Positions 19,063 to 28,857 of a stretch of DNA of 57,104 bases are shown here, piece by piece (the first letter of the stretch is position 1; each line of letters opens with the position of its first letter). The notes beneath the pieces are model-generated. The model saw nothing but the letters and a program-made list of their open reading frames with translations. It did not search any database and was not told the origin of the DNA. Source of the DNA: Bacteroidetes/Chlorobi group bacterium MS-B_bin-24 (GTDB lineage: Bacteria > Bacteroidota > Ignavibacteria > Kapaibacteriales > UBA2268); contig RCNO01000007.1 in NCBI GenBank assembly GCA_003731685.1, positions 270 through 57,373 on the forward strand, read 5' to 3'. The translations under genes and the position numbers were made by a program.

Positions 19063-22000
19063 ATGAGCGAAAAGAAATTTGCAGTAATGGATGGAAACGA
19101 AGCCGCAGCGTATGTGGCTTTTCGGGTCAACGAAGTTATTGCTATCTACCCGATAACACCTTCGTCGAATATGGGCGAATGGTGCGATGAGTGGGCAGCA
19201 AAGGGTTATAAGAATATCTGGGGCGTCACCCCAACTGTGGTCGAAATGCAAAGCGAAGGCGGTGCGGCAGGGGCAGTTCACGGTGCTCTGCAAGCAGGAG
19301 CATTAACAACTACTTTCACAGCCGCGCAAGGTCTTTTGCTAAAAATTCCAAATATGTTTAAAATTGCTGGCGAGTTGACTCCAACTGTGTTCAATATCAG
19401 TGCTCGTACGATTGCAACCCATGCTCTTTCGATTTTCGGCGACCACAGCGATGTTATGGCTGCTCGTTCGACCGGCTTTGGGTTGATGGCTTCCGGTTCT
19501 GTTCAGGAAGTAATGGACTTAGGCTTGATTTCCTATGCTTCCACTTTGAAATCGCGTATCCCGATGATACACTTTTTCGATGGCTTCCGAACCTCCCACG
19601 AGGAGAATAAAATCGAAGTTGTTCCCGATGAGATTATGCGAGAAATGATTCCCGACGACCTGGTCCGAGAACATCGAATGCGTGCTTTAAATCCTGAACG
19701 ACCTGTAATTCGTGGTACGGCACAGAACCCCGACGTGTTTTTCCAAAACCGTGAGACTGTTAATCGTTACTATGATGCCTGCCCCGATATTGTTCAGGAA
19801 CAGATGGACAAGTTTGCAAGTCTAACAGGTAGGCAATATCATTTGTTCGACTATATCGGGCACCCCGAAGCCGAAAGAGTTATTGTGATTATGGCGAGCG
19901 GAGGCGAAACAGCACAAGAAACTGTGAAATATCTGGTCGAAAAATTTGACGAAAAGGTTGGAGTTGTTCGAGTTCGATTGTACCGACCATTTAGCATTGA
20001 GCACTTCATAGAAGCTCTACCAGCTACTGTCAAGGTTATTGGAGTGTTGGATAGAACCAAAGAACCCGGGGCAACGGGCGAGCCATTGTATTTGGATGTT
20101 GTTAATGCAATCAATGAATATTTTGCAAATGGAAATACAAAATTTTCTGCATTCCCGAAAATTGTTGGAGGACGCTACGGATTATCGTCGAAGGAATTCA
20201 CTCCTGCAATGGTTAAGGCTGTCTTTGATAATTTGAAACAAGACAAGCCAAGAAATCATTTTACCGTTGGAATAATCGACGATGTTACGCATACCAGTTT
20301 GGATTTTGACCCTGAATTCTCGATTGAATCCGATGACGTTGTTCGCGCAATGTTCTTTGGATTGGGCTCCGATGGTACTGTTGGTGCAAATAAGAACTCC
20401 GTTAAAATTATTGGTGAGCATACCGATTTGTATGCCCAAGGATATTATGTTTACGATTCCCGAAAAGCAGGAACTTTGACCGTGTCCCACCTGCGATTTG
20501 GACCACGCCCGATTAAGGCACCGTATTTAATCACGAAGGCAAATTTCGTTGCTTGCCACCAAACAGTATTTATCGAAAAATATTTTATGCTCGATAATTT
20601 AGTTCCCGGAGGTACTTTCCTTATCAATGCACCTTTCGAGGGCGAAGAACTTTGGAATTACTTTCCGAAATCGGTCCAACAGCAAATACTCGATAAAAAG
20701 ATAAAAGTTTATTACATCGATGCACAAAAAGTAGCCGAAGCAAGCGGAATGGGGCGAAGAATAAATACAATAATGCAAACCTGCTTCTTTGCAATTTCGG
20801 GAATTTTACCAAGAGAACAAGCTGTTCAATCAATCAAAGATTCAATAATTAGAACCTATGGCAAGAAAGGCGACGAGATTGTCCGAATGAATATCCAAGC
20901 GGTCGAGAACACTCTCGAAAATCTTCGCGAGCTCAGGATTCCCGAAAAGATTACTACAACCCACGACATTCGACCACCCGTACCCGATTACGCTCCCGAG
21001 TTTGTGAAGAAAGTAATTGGTCCAATGATTGCGGGGCGTGGGGATTGGTTGCCCGTAAGTGTATTCCCTGCGGATGGAACCTGGCCCACGGCAACTACTC
21101 AATACGAAAAGCGAAACATAGCTTTGGAAATCCCTGTTTGGGACGAGAAAATCTGTATTCAATGTGGCAAGTGTGCTTTGGTTTGTCCACACGCAACAAT
21201 TCGGATAAAAGTTTACGACCCGAAATATTTGGAAAATGCTCCTGCAACATTTAAATACACTGATGCACGCGACAAAGAGTTTGCTGGTATGAAATATACT
21301 ATTCAAGTAGCTCCGGAGGATTGCACCGGATGCGGCGTTTGCGTGGATGTTTGCCCAGTGAAAGACAAAACAAATCCGAAGCACAAAGCTTTGGATATGC
21401 AACCACAATTACCTTTGCGTGAACAGGAAGCCAAGAATTGGGACTTCTTCTTGTCGATTCCTGATGTCGACCGCCGAATAATTAAAGTGTCGACTTTAAG
21501 GCAACAGCAGTTGCAAAGGCCATTGTTTGAATTTTCGGGGGCTTGTGCTGGATGCGGCGAAACGCCTTATGTCAAGCTGGTTTCGCAGTTGTTCGGCGAC
21601 CGAGCAATCATTGCAAATGCCACAGGTTGTTCATCGATTTATGGTGGAAATCTGCCAACAACGCCTTGGGCAAAAGATGAAAACGGGCGAGGCCCGGCTT
21701 GGTCGAACTCTTTGTTCGAGGATAATGCTGAATTTGGCTTTGGCTTCCGCCTTGCAATTGATAAACAAAAAGAAATTGCAATCCGATTGTTGAAATCTCT
21801 TGCTTCCCAAGTTGGCGAGCAATTGGTCGATGAAATTATAAATGCCAAGCAAAAGACCGAGGCGGAAATTTACGAGCAGCGGGAAAGAGTTGCTATCCTT
21901 GTGGAAAAATTAAAGCAAATAAACACGCCCGAAGCACAAAAGCTTTTGAGCATAGCCGATTATTTGGTTAAGAAAAGTGTATGGATTATTGGTGGCGATG

Positions 22001-22632
22001 GTTGGGCATACGACATTGGCTACGGAGGACTCGACCACGTCATTGCAATGGGAAAGGATGTTAATCTTTTAGTTCTGGACACCGAAGTTTATTCAAATAC
22101 GGGCGGGCAAGCCTCGAAATCAACTCCACTTGGTGCAGTGGCAAAATTTGCTGCAAACGGTAAACCTGCTTTCAAGAAAGACCTCGGTTGGATGGCAATG
22201 GCTTATGGCAACGTCTATGTTGCTACTGTTGCCTTTGGTGCCAAGGATGAACATACTTTGAAAGCCTTTCTCGAAGCCGAAGCCTACGAAGGTCCTTCGA
22301 TAATTATTGCTTATTCTCATTGTATTGCACACGGAATTGATATGAGCCAACCATTGAAGCAACACAAACTTGCCGTCGATACCGGGCAATGGATTTTGTA
22401 TCGATACAATCCAGAACTTGCAAAAGAAGGCGAGAATCCTTTGATTCTCGATTCCAAAGAGCCATCGGTTCCAATTGGACAGTATATGAATTCCGAGATT
22501 CGTTTCCGAATGCTTGCTAAAAGCAATCCCGAATTGAGCAAATACTTGCAGGAAGTTGCTCAAGAATATGTTAAGAAGCGTTATCAAATGTATAAGCATC
22601 TCGCTTTGATGAAAATGAATGGAAATGAATGA
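19063..22632 (+). CDS. nifJ: Pyruvate:ferredoxin (flavodoxin) oxidoreductase
   Basis: YPITPSS, MQSEGGAAG, CIQCGKCALVCP and CTGCGVCVDVCP ferredoxin motifs, GACAGCGE, GGDGWAYDIG. Confidence 0.98.
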   Translation: MSEKKFAVMDGNEAAAYVAFRVNEVIAIYPITPSSNMGEWCDEWAAKGYKNIWGVTPTVVEMQSEGGAAGAVHGALQAGALTTTFTAAQGLLLKIPNMFKIAGELTPTVFNISARTIATHALSIFGDHSDVMAARSTGFGLMASGSVQEVMDLGLISYASTLKSRIPMIHFFDGFRTSHEENKIEVVPDEIMREMIPDDLVREHRMRALNPERPVIRGTAQNPDVFFQNRETVNRYYDACPDIVQEQMDKFASLTGRQYHLFDYIGHPEAERVIVIMASGGETAQETVKYLVEKFDEKVGVVRVRLYRPFSIEHFIEALPATVKVIGVLDRTKEPGATGEPLYLDVVNAINEYFANGNTKFSAFPKIVGGRYGLSSKEFTPAMVKAVFDNLKQDKPRNHFTVGIIDDVTHTSLDFDPEFSIESDDVVRAMFFGLGSDGTVGANKNSVKIIGEHTDLYAQGYYVYDSRKAGTLTVSHLRFGPRPIKAPYLITKANFVACHQTVFIEKYFMLDNLVPGGTFLINAPFEGEELWNYFPKSVQQQILDKKIKVYYIDAQKVAEASGMGRRINTIMQTCFFAISGILPREQAVQSIKDSIIRTYGKKGDEIVRMNIQAVENTLENLRELRIPEKITTTHDIRPPVPDYAPEFVKKVIGPMIAGRGDWLPVSVFPADGTWPTATTQYEKRNIALEIPVWDEKICIQCGKCALVCPHATIRIKVYDPKYLENAPATFKYTDARDKEFAGMKYTIQVAPEDCTGCGVCVDVCPVKDKTNPKHKALDMQPQLPLREQEAKNWDFFLSIPDVDRRIIKVSTLRQQQLQRPLFEFSGACAGCGETPYVKLVSQLFGDRAIIANATGCSSIYGGNLPTTPWAKDENGRGPAWSNSLFEDNAEFGFGFRLAIDKQKEIAIRLLKSLASQVGEQLVDEIINAKQKTEAEIYEQRERVAILVEKLKQINTPEAQKLLSIADYLVKKSVWIIGGDGWAYDIGYGGLDHVIAMGKDVNLLVLDTEVYSNTGGQASKSTPLGAVAKFAANGKPAFKKDLGWMAMAYGNVYVATVAFGAKDEHTLKAFLEAEAYEGPSIIIAYSHCIAHGIDMSQPLKQHKLAVDTGQWILYRYNPELAKEGENPLILDSKEPSVPIGQYMNSEIRFRMLAKSNPELSKYLQEVAQEYVKKRYQMYKHLALMKMNGNE

Positions 22633-22661
22633 TGAATAGAACTGGGAAAGAAATATACAGG

Positions 22662-22706
22662 GCGGGTTTCTTCTTTGCACAAAGCTGGGGAGAATCCTGC
22701 TTTTTT
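22662..22706 (+). terminator. Possible imperfect terminator between nifJ and the DHOD-like gene
   Basis: GCGGGTTTCTTC...GGAGAATCCTGC followed by TTTTTT. Confidence 0.5.
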
Positions 22707-22738
22707 GTTTAAATTTCAAAATATTTTAGGGGAAAAAT

Positions 22739-23731
22739 ATGGATATCACAACAAAATATTTAGGAATGACTCTTAAATCGCCATTGGTTGCCTCTGCTTC
22801 GCCAATTACTGAAGATATAAAAAACATTAAGAAGCTCGAGGAAGCAGGTGCAGCGGCAGTGGTGTTGCCATCGATTTTCGAAGAACAAATTCGCTCCGAA
22901 CAGATGGATTTACATTTTTACCAAACACAGGGCACATATACCTATGCCGAGTCGCTTACCTACTTCCCAGAAATGGATGAATACCGGTTTGCACTGGATA
23001 ACTACCTCGATTTAATACGAAAAGCCAAAGAAAGCGTTGGTATTCCAATCATCGCAAGCCTTAATGGTGTTACTCCTGGTGGTTGGACAGAATTTGCAAA
23101 GAAAATCGAGGAGGCAGGGGCAGATGCTTTGGAATTGAATTTGTATTTCATTCCAACCGATTTGGAGCAACCCGGAGAATTAGTCGAGAATACTTACATC
23201 GAAATAATCAAGATGGTGAAGAATGCAGTAAAAATACCTTTGGCTGTTAAGCTCAGTCCATTTTTCACCAATTTTGCAAATTTTGCTCGCCGTGTTGAAC
23301 AAGTTGGGGCAAATGCTCTTGTCCTTTTCAATCGTTTTTACCAACCCGATGTTGATTTGGAGAATCTCGAAGTCAAGCCCTCGATACATTTGAGCACTTC
23401 GCATGCAAACCGTTTGCCAATGCGATGGATTGCTATTTTGAAGAATAAAATCAATTTGGATTTTGCTGCAACAAGCGGAATCCACTCTTCCGATGATGTT
23501 ATCAAAATGCTCCTTGTTGGAGCAAATGTTACGATGCTTTGCTCTGCTTTGCTCAAAAATGGAATCTTTTACCTTTTGCAACTCGAACGAGAATTGATTG
23601 AATGGATGGAAGAACACGAATACGAAAGCATACAACAGATGATTGGGGTGATGTCGCAGGACAAAACAAGCAATCCCAGCGAATACGAACGAGCCCAATA
23701 TGTCCGTGCCATCACAAGCTACAAATTTTAA
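22739..23731 (+). CDS. Dihydroorotate dehydrogenase-like FMN protein (nifJ-associated type)
   Basis: YLGMTLKSPLVASASP, ADALELN, VKLSP, LVLFNRFYQPD; lacks the SCPN catalytic loop. Confidence 0.9.
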   Translation: MDITTKYLGMTLKSPLVASASPITEDIKNIKKLEEAGAAAVVLPSIFEEQIRSEQMDLHFYQTQGTYTYAESLTYFPEMDEYRFALDNYLDLIRKAKESVGIPIIASLNGVTPGGWTEFAKKIEEAGADALELNLYFIPTDLEQPGELVENTYIEIIKMVKNAVKIPLAVKLSPFFTNFANFARRVEQVGANALVLFNRFYQPDVDLENLEVKPSIHLSTSHANRLPMRWIAILKNKINLDFAATSGIHSSDDVIKMLLVGANVTMLCSALLKNGIFYLLQLERELIEWMEEHEYESIQQMIGVMSQDKTSNPSEYERAQYVRAITSYKF

Positions 23732-23815
23732 TTTCCTTTTGGTTATAACACATAGGATATTTAATAATAATAGATTTAACAAATTGAGCATTCAGTTCCA
23801 TCCTACTTTTTTGAA

Positions 23816-24211
23816 AGACATCGGATGTCTGCCAGACATCCGATGTCTGGAAACCCCTTGTTCGGTGAAATGCCTCTGTGATAAATAGCCCTCGACCTGC
23901 TAAAAGACATCGGCTGTTTTAGAAACAACCGATGTCTGGGAAATTGTAGGGGTGACCGGCTGGTCGCCCTTACGTGGCACAGGATTATGGGTCGAACAGG
24001 CAGGAACAGGAGGCGAATAATTATTAGCCCCTACACGATATTATAATCGCAGAACCAATTTCGTTTCCCAAATGGAATTCATCACGGTTAGACATCGGAT
24101 GTCTGCCAGACATCCGATGTCTGGAAACCCCTTGTTCGGTGAAATGCCTCTGTGATAAATAGCCCTCGACCTGCCAAAAGACATCGGATGTTTCAGAAAC
24201 AATCGATGTCT
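23816..24211. repeat. Composite repeat, locus 6: about 1.5 units in reverse orientation, with a ~124-bp direct repeat at 274-bp period
   Basis: 23816-23939 is nearly repeated at 24090-24211; four double palindromes and two GTAG hairpins; linkers match the reverse complement of those at 50211-50893. Confidence 0.92.
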
Positions 24212-24296
24212 GAAACCTACATCCCGAATTTGTTCCCTTTAAAATAAATCCTTGATTTTATCGCCTCTTAAAATTAAATTTTGATTAGTTTAAGAA

Positions 24297-25559
24297 ATGA
24301 TAAATTTTTTATATCAAATTTGGGTGCTTTTTGTCGAGATGTCTCCATATCTACTTCTTGGAATAACTTTTGTTGCAATTTTGGATGCATTTGTTACAAA
24401 GGATTTTATTTCACGGCAAGTGCGGAAAAATAATTTGAGTTCCATTGTCAAAACTGCATTGTTTGGAATTCCTTTGCCGCTTTGCTCTTGTGGGGTTGTG
24501 CCAACCAGTGTCTATTTAAGGAAAAGTGGGGCATCGAAGCCTTCGGTTGTTTCGTTTTTGATTGCAACGCCACAGACAGGAGTCGATAGCATTGTTGCCA
24601 CCTATGGTATGCTCGGACCAATCTTTGCAGTTTTCCGTCCGCTGGCTGCGCTTGCTATGGGCATTTTGGGCGGAATCGTTACTATGTTCTTCTCAAAATC
24701 CGAAAAGGAAGAAAGCACTTCACCAACGAACTCATTTGCGTTTGAAGATATAAGTGTACAGAAAAAAACGAATTTTCCCGCAAAGATAAAAAAGTCCTTG
24801 CGTTATGCGTTTGTCGAGTTCATCGACGATATTTCTACGCAGTTTCTTTTTGGACTTGTTATTGCAGGAGCCATTGCGTTTTTCGTTCCCGACGACTTTT
24901 TTGCGTCTCTATTCAAAGGTAATGAATTACTTGCGATGATTTCGATTCTAATCTTTGCCGTCCCAATGTATGTATGCGCCACAGCGTCGATACCCGTTGC
25001 TGTTAGTTTGATGATGAAAGGATTTTCGCCCGGAGTGGCTTATGTTTTACTTGTTGCTGGACCGGTTTCGAACGCCGCATCATTGGCTATATTGAATAAA
25101 GTTCTGGGCAAGAAACTTCTTGCCATTTATGTGCTTGTGGTCTCTTTGAGTTCGATCATCTTCGGGTTTCTTTTGAATTTTATTTTTGAATGGACGAATG
25201 TTAACCCTCACTCTCAAATGTCCCATTCTCATATCCACAATACAAATTTTTCGCTTTTTGATTATCTATTTGCTCTAATCTTTTTAATTTTGATTTTGAG
25301 TTCAATTTACAGAAAATATTTTGTTAAAACGAAAGGGGAAGTAATGGAAATCCAGAATGCAAAAACTTTTAAAATAGAAGGAATGACTTGTAACCATTGT
25401 GTTATGAATGTGGAAAAAGCAATTCGTAGCATACCGGGAGTTAGCGATGTCCGAGTGGTTTTGAACGAAGGAGTTGCTATTGTGAAGGGAGATTATAGCA
25501 TCGAAGCAATAAAGAATGCAGTGGAAAATATAGGTTATAGATTCGCAGGGGAAAAATAG
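24297..25559 (+). CDS. SO_0444-like permease (DUF318/ArsP family) with C-terminal HMA domain
   Basis: PLPLCSCGVVP, TPQTGVDS, PMYVCATASIP, His-rich loop, GMTCNHC. Confidence 0.88.
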   Translation: MINFLYQIWVLFVEMSPYLLLGITFVAILDAFVTKDFISRQVRKNNLSSIVKTALFGIPLPLCSCGVVPTSVYLRKSGASKPSVVSFLIATPQTGVDSIVATYGMLGPIFAVFRPLAALAMGILGGIVTMFFSKSEKEESTSPTNSFAFEDISVQKKTNFPAKIKKSLRYAFVEFIDDISTQFLFGLVIAGAIAFFVPDDFFASLFKGNELLAMISILIFAVPMYVCATASIPVAVSLMMKGFSPGVAYVLLVAGPVSNAASLAILNKVLGKKLLAIYVLVVSLSSIIFGFLLNFIFEWTNVNPHSQMSHSHIHNTNFSLFDYLFALIFLILILSSIYRKYFVKTKGEVMEIQNAKTFKIEGMTCNHCVMNVEKAIRSIPGVSDVRVVLNEGVAIVKGDYSIEAIKNAVENIGYRFAGEK

Positions 25560-26038
25560 TGGGGAAAATAGCAATTTATCCGGGAACTTTCGACCCCATA
25601 ACGAATGGACATATTGATGTAATCGAAAGAGCCTTGAAAATTTTCGACAAAGTTATTGTTGTTATTGGTAGGAATCCCAAAAAACAAACACTTTTCACCG
25701 AAGAAGAACGAATTGAATTAATTCGGGAATCCTTAAAGCATTTGGCAAATATCGAAGTTACAGCAACCGAAAAATTAACTGTTGAGTTTGCTCGGAGTGT
25801 GAACGCCAATGCAATTATCCGTGGTATTCGTGCAGTTTCGGATTTTGAATATGAATTTCAGATTGCATTGATGAATCGTAAACTTTGCCCAGATGTTACT
25901 ACGATTTTTTTGATGCCAAACGAAAAATTTACCTATTTGAATTCCTCAATAATTCGTGAATTGGCTCAATATGGAGCCGACATCAGCGATTTTGTTCCCC
26001 TCTGTGTGGAGAAAAAATTAAAAGAAAAATTTTCATAG
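25559..26038 (+). CDS. coaD: Pantetheine-phosphate adenylyltransferase
   Basis: YPGTFDPITNGHID, RGIRAVSDFEYE, SSIIRE. Confidence 0.97.
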   Translation: MGKIAIYPGTFDPITNGHIDVIERALKIFDKVIVVIGRNPKKQTLFTEEERIELIRESLKHLANIEVTATEKLTVEFARSVNANAIIRGIRAVSDFEYEFQIALMNRKLCPDVTTIFLMPNEKFTYLNSSIIRELAQYGADISDFVPLCVEKKLKEKFS

Positions 26039-26079
26039 TTTTTAAAATACAATATACAAAAAGTTGCATCGTCATCTTG

Positions 26080-26106
26080 TTAGCACTCGGTTAAGGCGAG
26101 TGCTAA
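26080..26106 (+). promoter_or_regulatory. CIRCE operator (HrcA binding site)
   Basis: Exact TTAGCACTC-N9-GAGTGCTAA 41 bp upstream of groES. Confidence 0.97.
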
Positions 26107-26147
26107 TAAATGTTAGTGAAATGTTGAACAAATAAGGAGGTACAAAG

Positions 26148-26435
26148 ATGAACTTAGCACCATTGCACGACAGAGTGATTATTAAGCCATCGCAACCCGA
26201 AGAAGTAACCAAAGGGGGAATAATTATCCCCGACACAGCAAAGGAAAAGCCAATGCAGGGCGAAGTCGTCGCAGTAGGTCCCGGCAAACTTACCGAGGAC
26301 GGCAAAGTTATTCCATTAACAGTTAAGGTTGGCGACAAAGTGCTCTATGGAAAATACTCGGGCACAGAAGTCGAAATTAACGGCGAGCAATTCCTAATTA
26401 TGAGAGAATCAGACATTTTCGCAATCATTAAATAA
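26148..26435 (+). CDS. groES: Co-chaperonin GroES
   Basis: [34 protein letters not shown]; AAGGAGG RBS. Confidence 0.99.
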   Translation: MNLAPLHDRVIIKPSQPEEVTKGGIIIPDTAKEKPMQGEVVAVGPGKLTEDGKVIPLTVKVGDKVLYGKYSGTEVEINGEQFLIMRESDIFAIIK

Positions 26436-26477
26436 TTACAAATTTCATTATGTTAAACAAAAAAATGGAGGTATAAT

Positions 26478-28100
26478 ATGGGAGCTAAAATAATCACATT
26501 TGATTTTGAAGCAAGAAATGCTTTAAAACGAGGTGTCGACCAATTAACAAATGCAGTCAAAGTTACTCTTGGTCCCAAAGGTCGAAATGTTATCATCGAT
26601 AAAAAGTTTGGTGCACCAACTGTTACCAAAGACGGTGTTACTGTTGCAAAAGAAATTGAATTAGAGGACCCAATCGAAAATATGGGCGCCCAGATGGTAC
26701 GCGAAGTTGCATCGAAAACAAGCGATGTTGCTGGCGATGGAACCACAACTGCTACTGTCCTTGCCCAAGCTATCTTCTCCGAAGGATTGAAAAATGTTAC
26801 CGCTGGGGCAAACCCAATGGATTTGAAGCGTGGAATTGATATGGCTGTCGAGGCTATTACCAAAGAGTTGAAGAAAATTAGCAAAGAGGTCGAAGGGAAG
26901 AAGGAAATTGCCAATGTTGGGGCTATTTCGGCTAACAACGACAAAGCAATCGGCGAACTCATTGCCGATGCAATGGAAAGAGTTGGTAAAGATGGTGTTA
27001 TTACAGTCGAAGAAGCAAAAGGCACCGAGACTTCTATGGAAGTTGTCGAAGGAATGCAGTTCGACCGTGGTTACCTTTCCCCATACTTTGTTACCGACGC
27101 CGAAACGATGGAAGCAGTTCTCGAAAATCCATACATTTTGATACACGACAAGAAGATATCTGCTGTAAAAGATATTCTTCCAATACTTGAGAAGATTTCG
27201 CAATCGGGCAGGTCGTTGTTGATTATTGCCGAAGATGTCGAAGGCGAAGCTTTGGCAACGCTTGTTGTGAACAAATTGCGCGGAACCTTGAAAGTCTGCG
27301 CCGTCAAAGCTCCGGGCTTCGGTGACCGACGCAAAGCAATGCTCGAGGACATTGCAATTCTTACCAATGGTACAGTGATAAGCGAAGAGAAAGGCTTCAA
27401 GCTCGAAAACGCTACGCTCGCTTATCTTGGAACTGCTAAGAAAGTTGTTGTCGACAAAGACAACACAACGATAGTCGAAGGTAGCGGCAAACCAGAGGAA
27501 ATTAAGAAGCGAATTAACGAAATAAAGATTCAAATCGAAAAGACCACAAGCGAATACGACAGAGAAAAACTACAAGAGCGACTTGCCAAATTGAGCGGTG
27601 GGGTTGCTGTTTTGAAGATTGGTGCAGCCACCGAGGTCGAGATGAAAGAAAAGAAAGCCCGAGTGGAAGATGCTTTGCACGCTACCCGCGCAGCAGTCGA
27701 GGAAGGAATCGTTCCCGGTGGTGGCGTTGCCTATCTCCGATGTCTGCACGCTCTCGACGACTTGAAGCCCGAGAACGAAGACCAGAAGATTGGCATCGAG
27801 ATTGTCCGCCGAGCTTTGGAGGAACCAGCTCGACAGATTGTCGCAAACGCTGGGTTAGAGCCTTCGGTTATTGTTAATAAAATCAAAGAGGGCAAGGGTT
27901 CGTTTGGATTTAACGCCCAAACAGAACAATTCGAGGATTTATTCGAAAGTGGTGTTATCGACCCAACCAAAGTTGCGCGAGTGGCTTTGGAAAACGCTGC
28001 TTCGGTTGCAGGTTTGCTCTTAACAACTGAATGCACAATAGTCGAAAAGCCCGAAAAGAAAGAAACCCCGCCGATGCCTCGCGGATACGATGAATACTAA
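26478..28100 (+). CDS. groL: Chaperonin GroEL
   Basis: [37 protein letters not shown]. Confidence 0.99.
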   Translation: MGAKIITFDFEARNALKRGVDQLTNAVKVTLGPKGRNVIIDKKFGAPTVTKDGVTVAKEIELEDPIENMGAQMVREVASKTSDVAGDGTTTATVLAQAIFSEGLKNVTAGANPMDLKRGIDMAVEAITKELKKISKEVEGKKEIANVGAISANNDKAIGELIADAMERVGKDGVITVEEAKGTETSMEVVEGMQFDRGYLSPYFVTDAETMEAVLENPYILIHDKKISAVKDILPILEKISQSGRSLLIIAEDVEGEALATLVVNKLRGTLKVCAVKAPGFGDRRKAMLEDIAILTNGTVISEEKGFKLENATLAYLGTAKKVVVDKDNTTIVEGSGKPEEIKKRINEIKIQIEKTTSEYDREKLQERLAKLSGGVAVLKIGAATEVEMKEKKARVEDALHATRAAVEEGIVPGGGVAYLRCLHALDDLKPENEDQKIGIEIVRRALEEPARQIVANAGLEPSVIVNKIKEGKGSFGFNAQTEQFEDLFESGVIDPTKVARVALENAASVAGLLLTTECTIVEKPEKKETPPMPRGYDEY

Positions 28101-28119
28101 TGTTTCTGCTAAAAATTTT

Positions 28120-28153
28120 AGGGGCTGTCTCGGTTTAGAGTCAGCCCCTTTTT
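28120..28153 (+). terminator. Intrinsic terminator after groEL
   Basis: AGGGGCTG...CAGCCCCT followed by a T run. Confidence 0.85.
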
Positions 28154-28225
28154 GTTTTCTTAAGTAATCAGCATCTGGAATGTTTGCCTGCTAAGGAAAT
28201 AGATGAAGTCGCCTTTCGAAATTAG

Positions 28226-28855
28226 TTAAACGAGCCCATTTTTTATTGCATAGTGGGTGATTTCGGCATTCGAACGCATCCCCATTTTCTCGAGAATTCG
28301 GATTCTGTATGTACTAACTGTATTTGCGCTGAGATGCAATTCTTTCGCTATTTCTTTAATTGTCTTTCCTGAAGCAATCAAACACATAACTTGGAACTCG
28401 CGGTCGGAAAGTTGCTCGTGCAAAGGAACTGGGCTGGTTTCTTCCAATTTCGTGGCAAGGAGCTCGGCGAGGTTTTCCGAGACATATTTCCTTCCCATTG
28501 CAACGCGATGAATTGCCTCGATAAGTTCTTCGGGTTCGCATTCCTTGTTCAAGTAGCCCGATGCCCCAGCTTTCAAAAGCCGAACAGCGTATTGGTCTTC
28601 GGGATACACTGTGAAGATCAACACGGGAAGTTTCGGATTAATTCTTTTAATGTCCTTCAAGGTAGCCAAGCCATCTTTGCCGGGCATCGAAATATCCAAA
28701 AGCACAACATCGTAGTTGCCTTCGCGAATCTTTTCGAGTAGTTCAAACCCGGAACTGGCTTCCCCAGTCACTTTCAGATTGGGGTCTTGTTCGATTATTT
28801 GCTTCAAGCCAGTTCGAACTACCGCGTGGTCATCTGCAATTATTATTTTAATCAT
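28226..28855 (-). CDS. NarL/UvrY family response regulator (REC plus LuxR HTH)
   Basis: ADDHAVVR, LLDISMP, GASGYLNK, LSDREFQV, TVSTYR. Confidence 0.95.
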   Translation of the reverse strand: MIKIIIADDHAVVRTGLKQIIEQDPNLKVTGEASSGFELLEKIREGNYDVVLLDISMPGKDGLATLKDIKRINPKLPVLIFTVYPEDQYAVRLLKAGASGYLNKECEPEELIEAIHRVAMGRKYVSENLAELLATKLEETSPVPLHEQLSDREFQVMCLIASGKTIKEIAKELHLSANTVSTYRIRILEKMGMRSNAEITHYAIKNGLV

Positions 28856-28857
28856 AG

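Noticed and set aside
28065-28100. GroEL lacks the GGM tail (ends [10 protein letters not shown])
   Set aside because: Tail variation is common and not indicative of new function.
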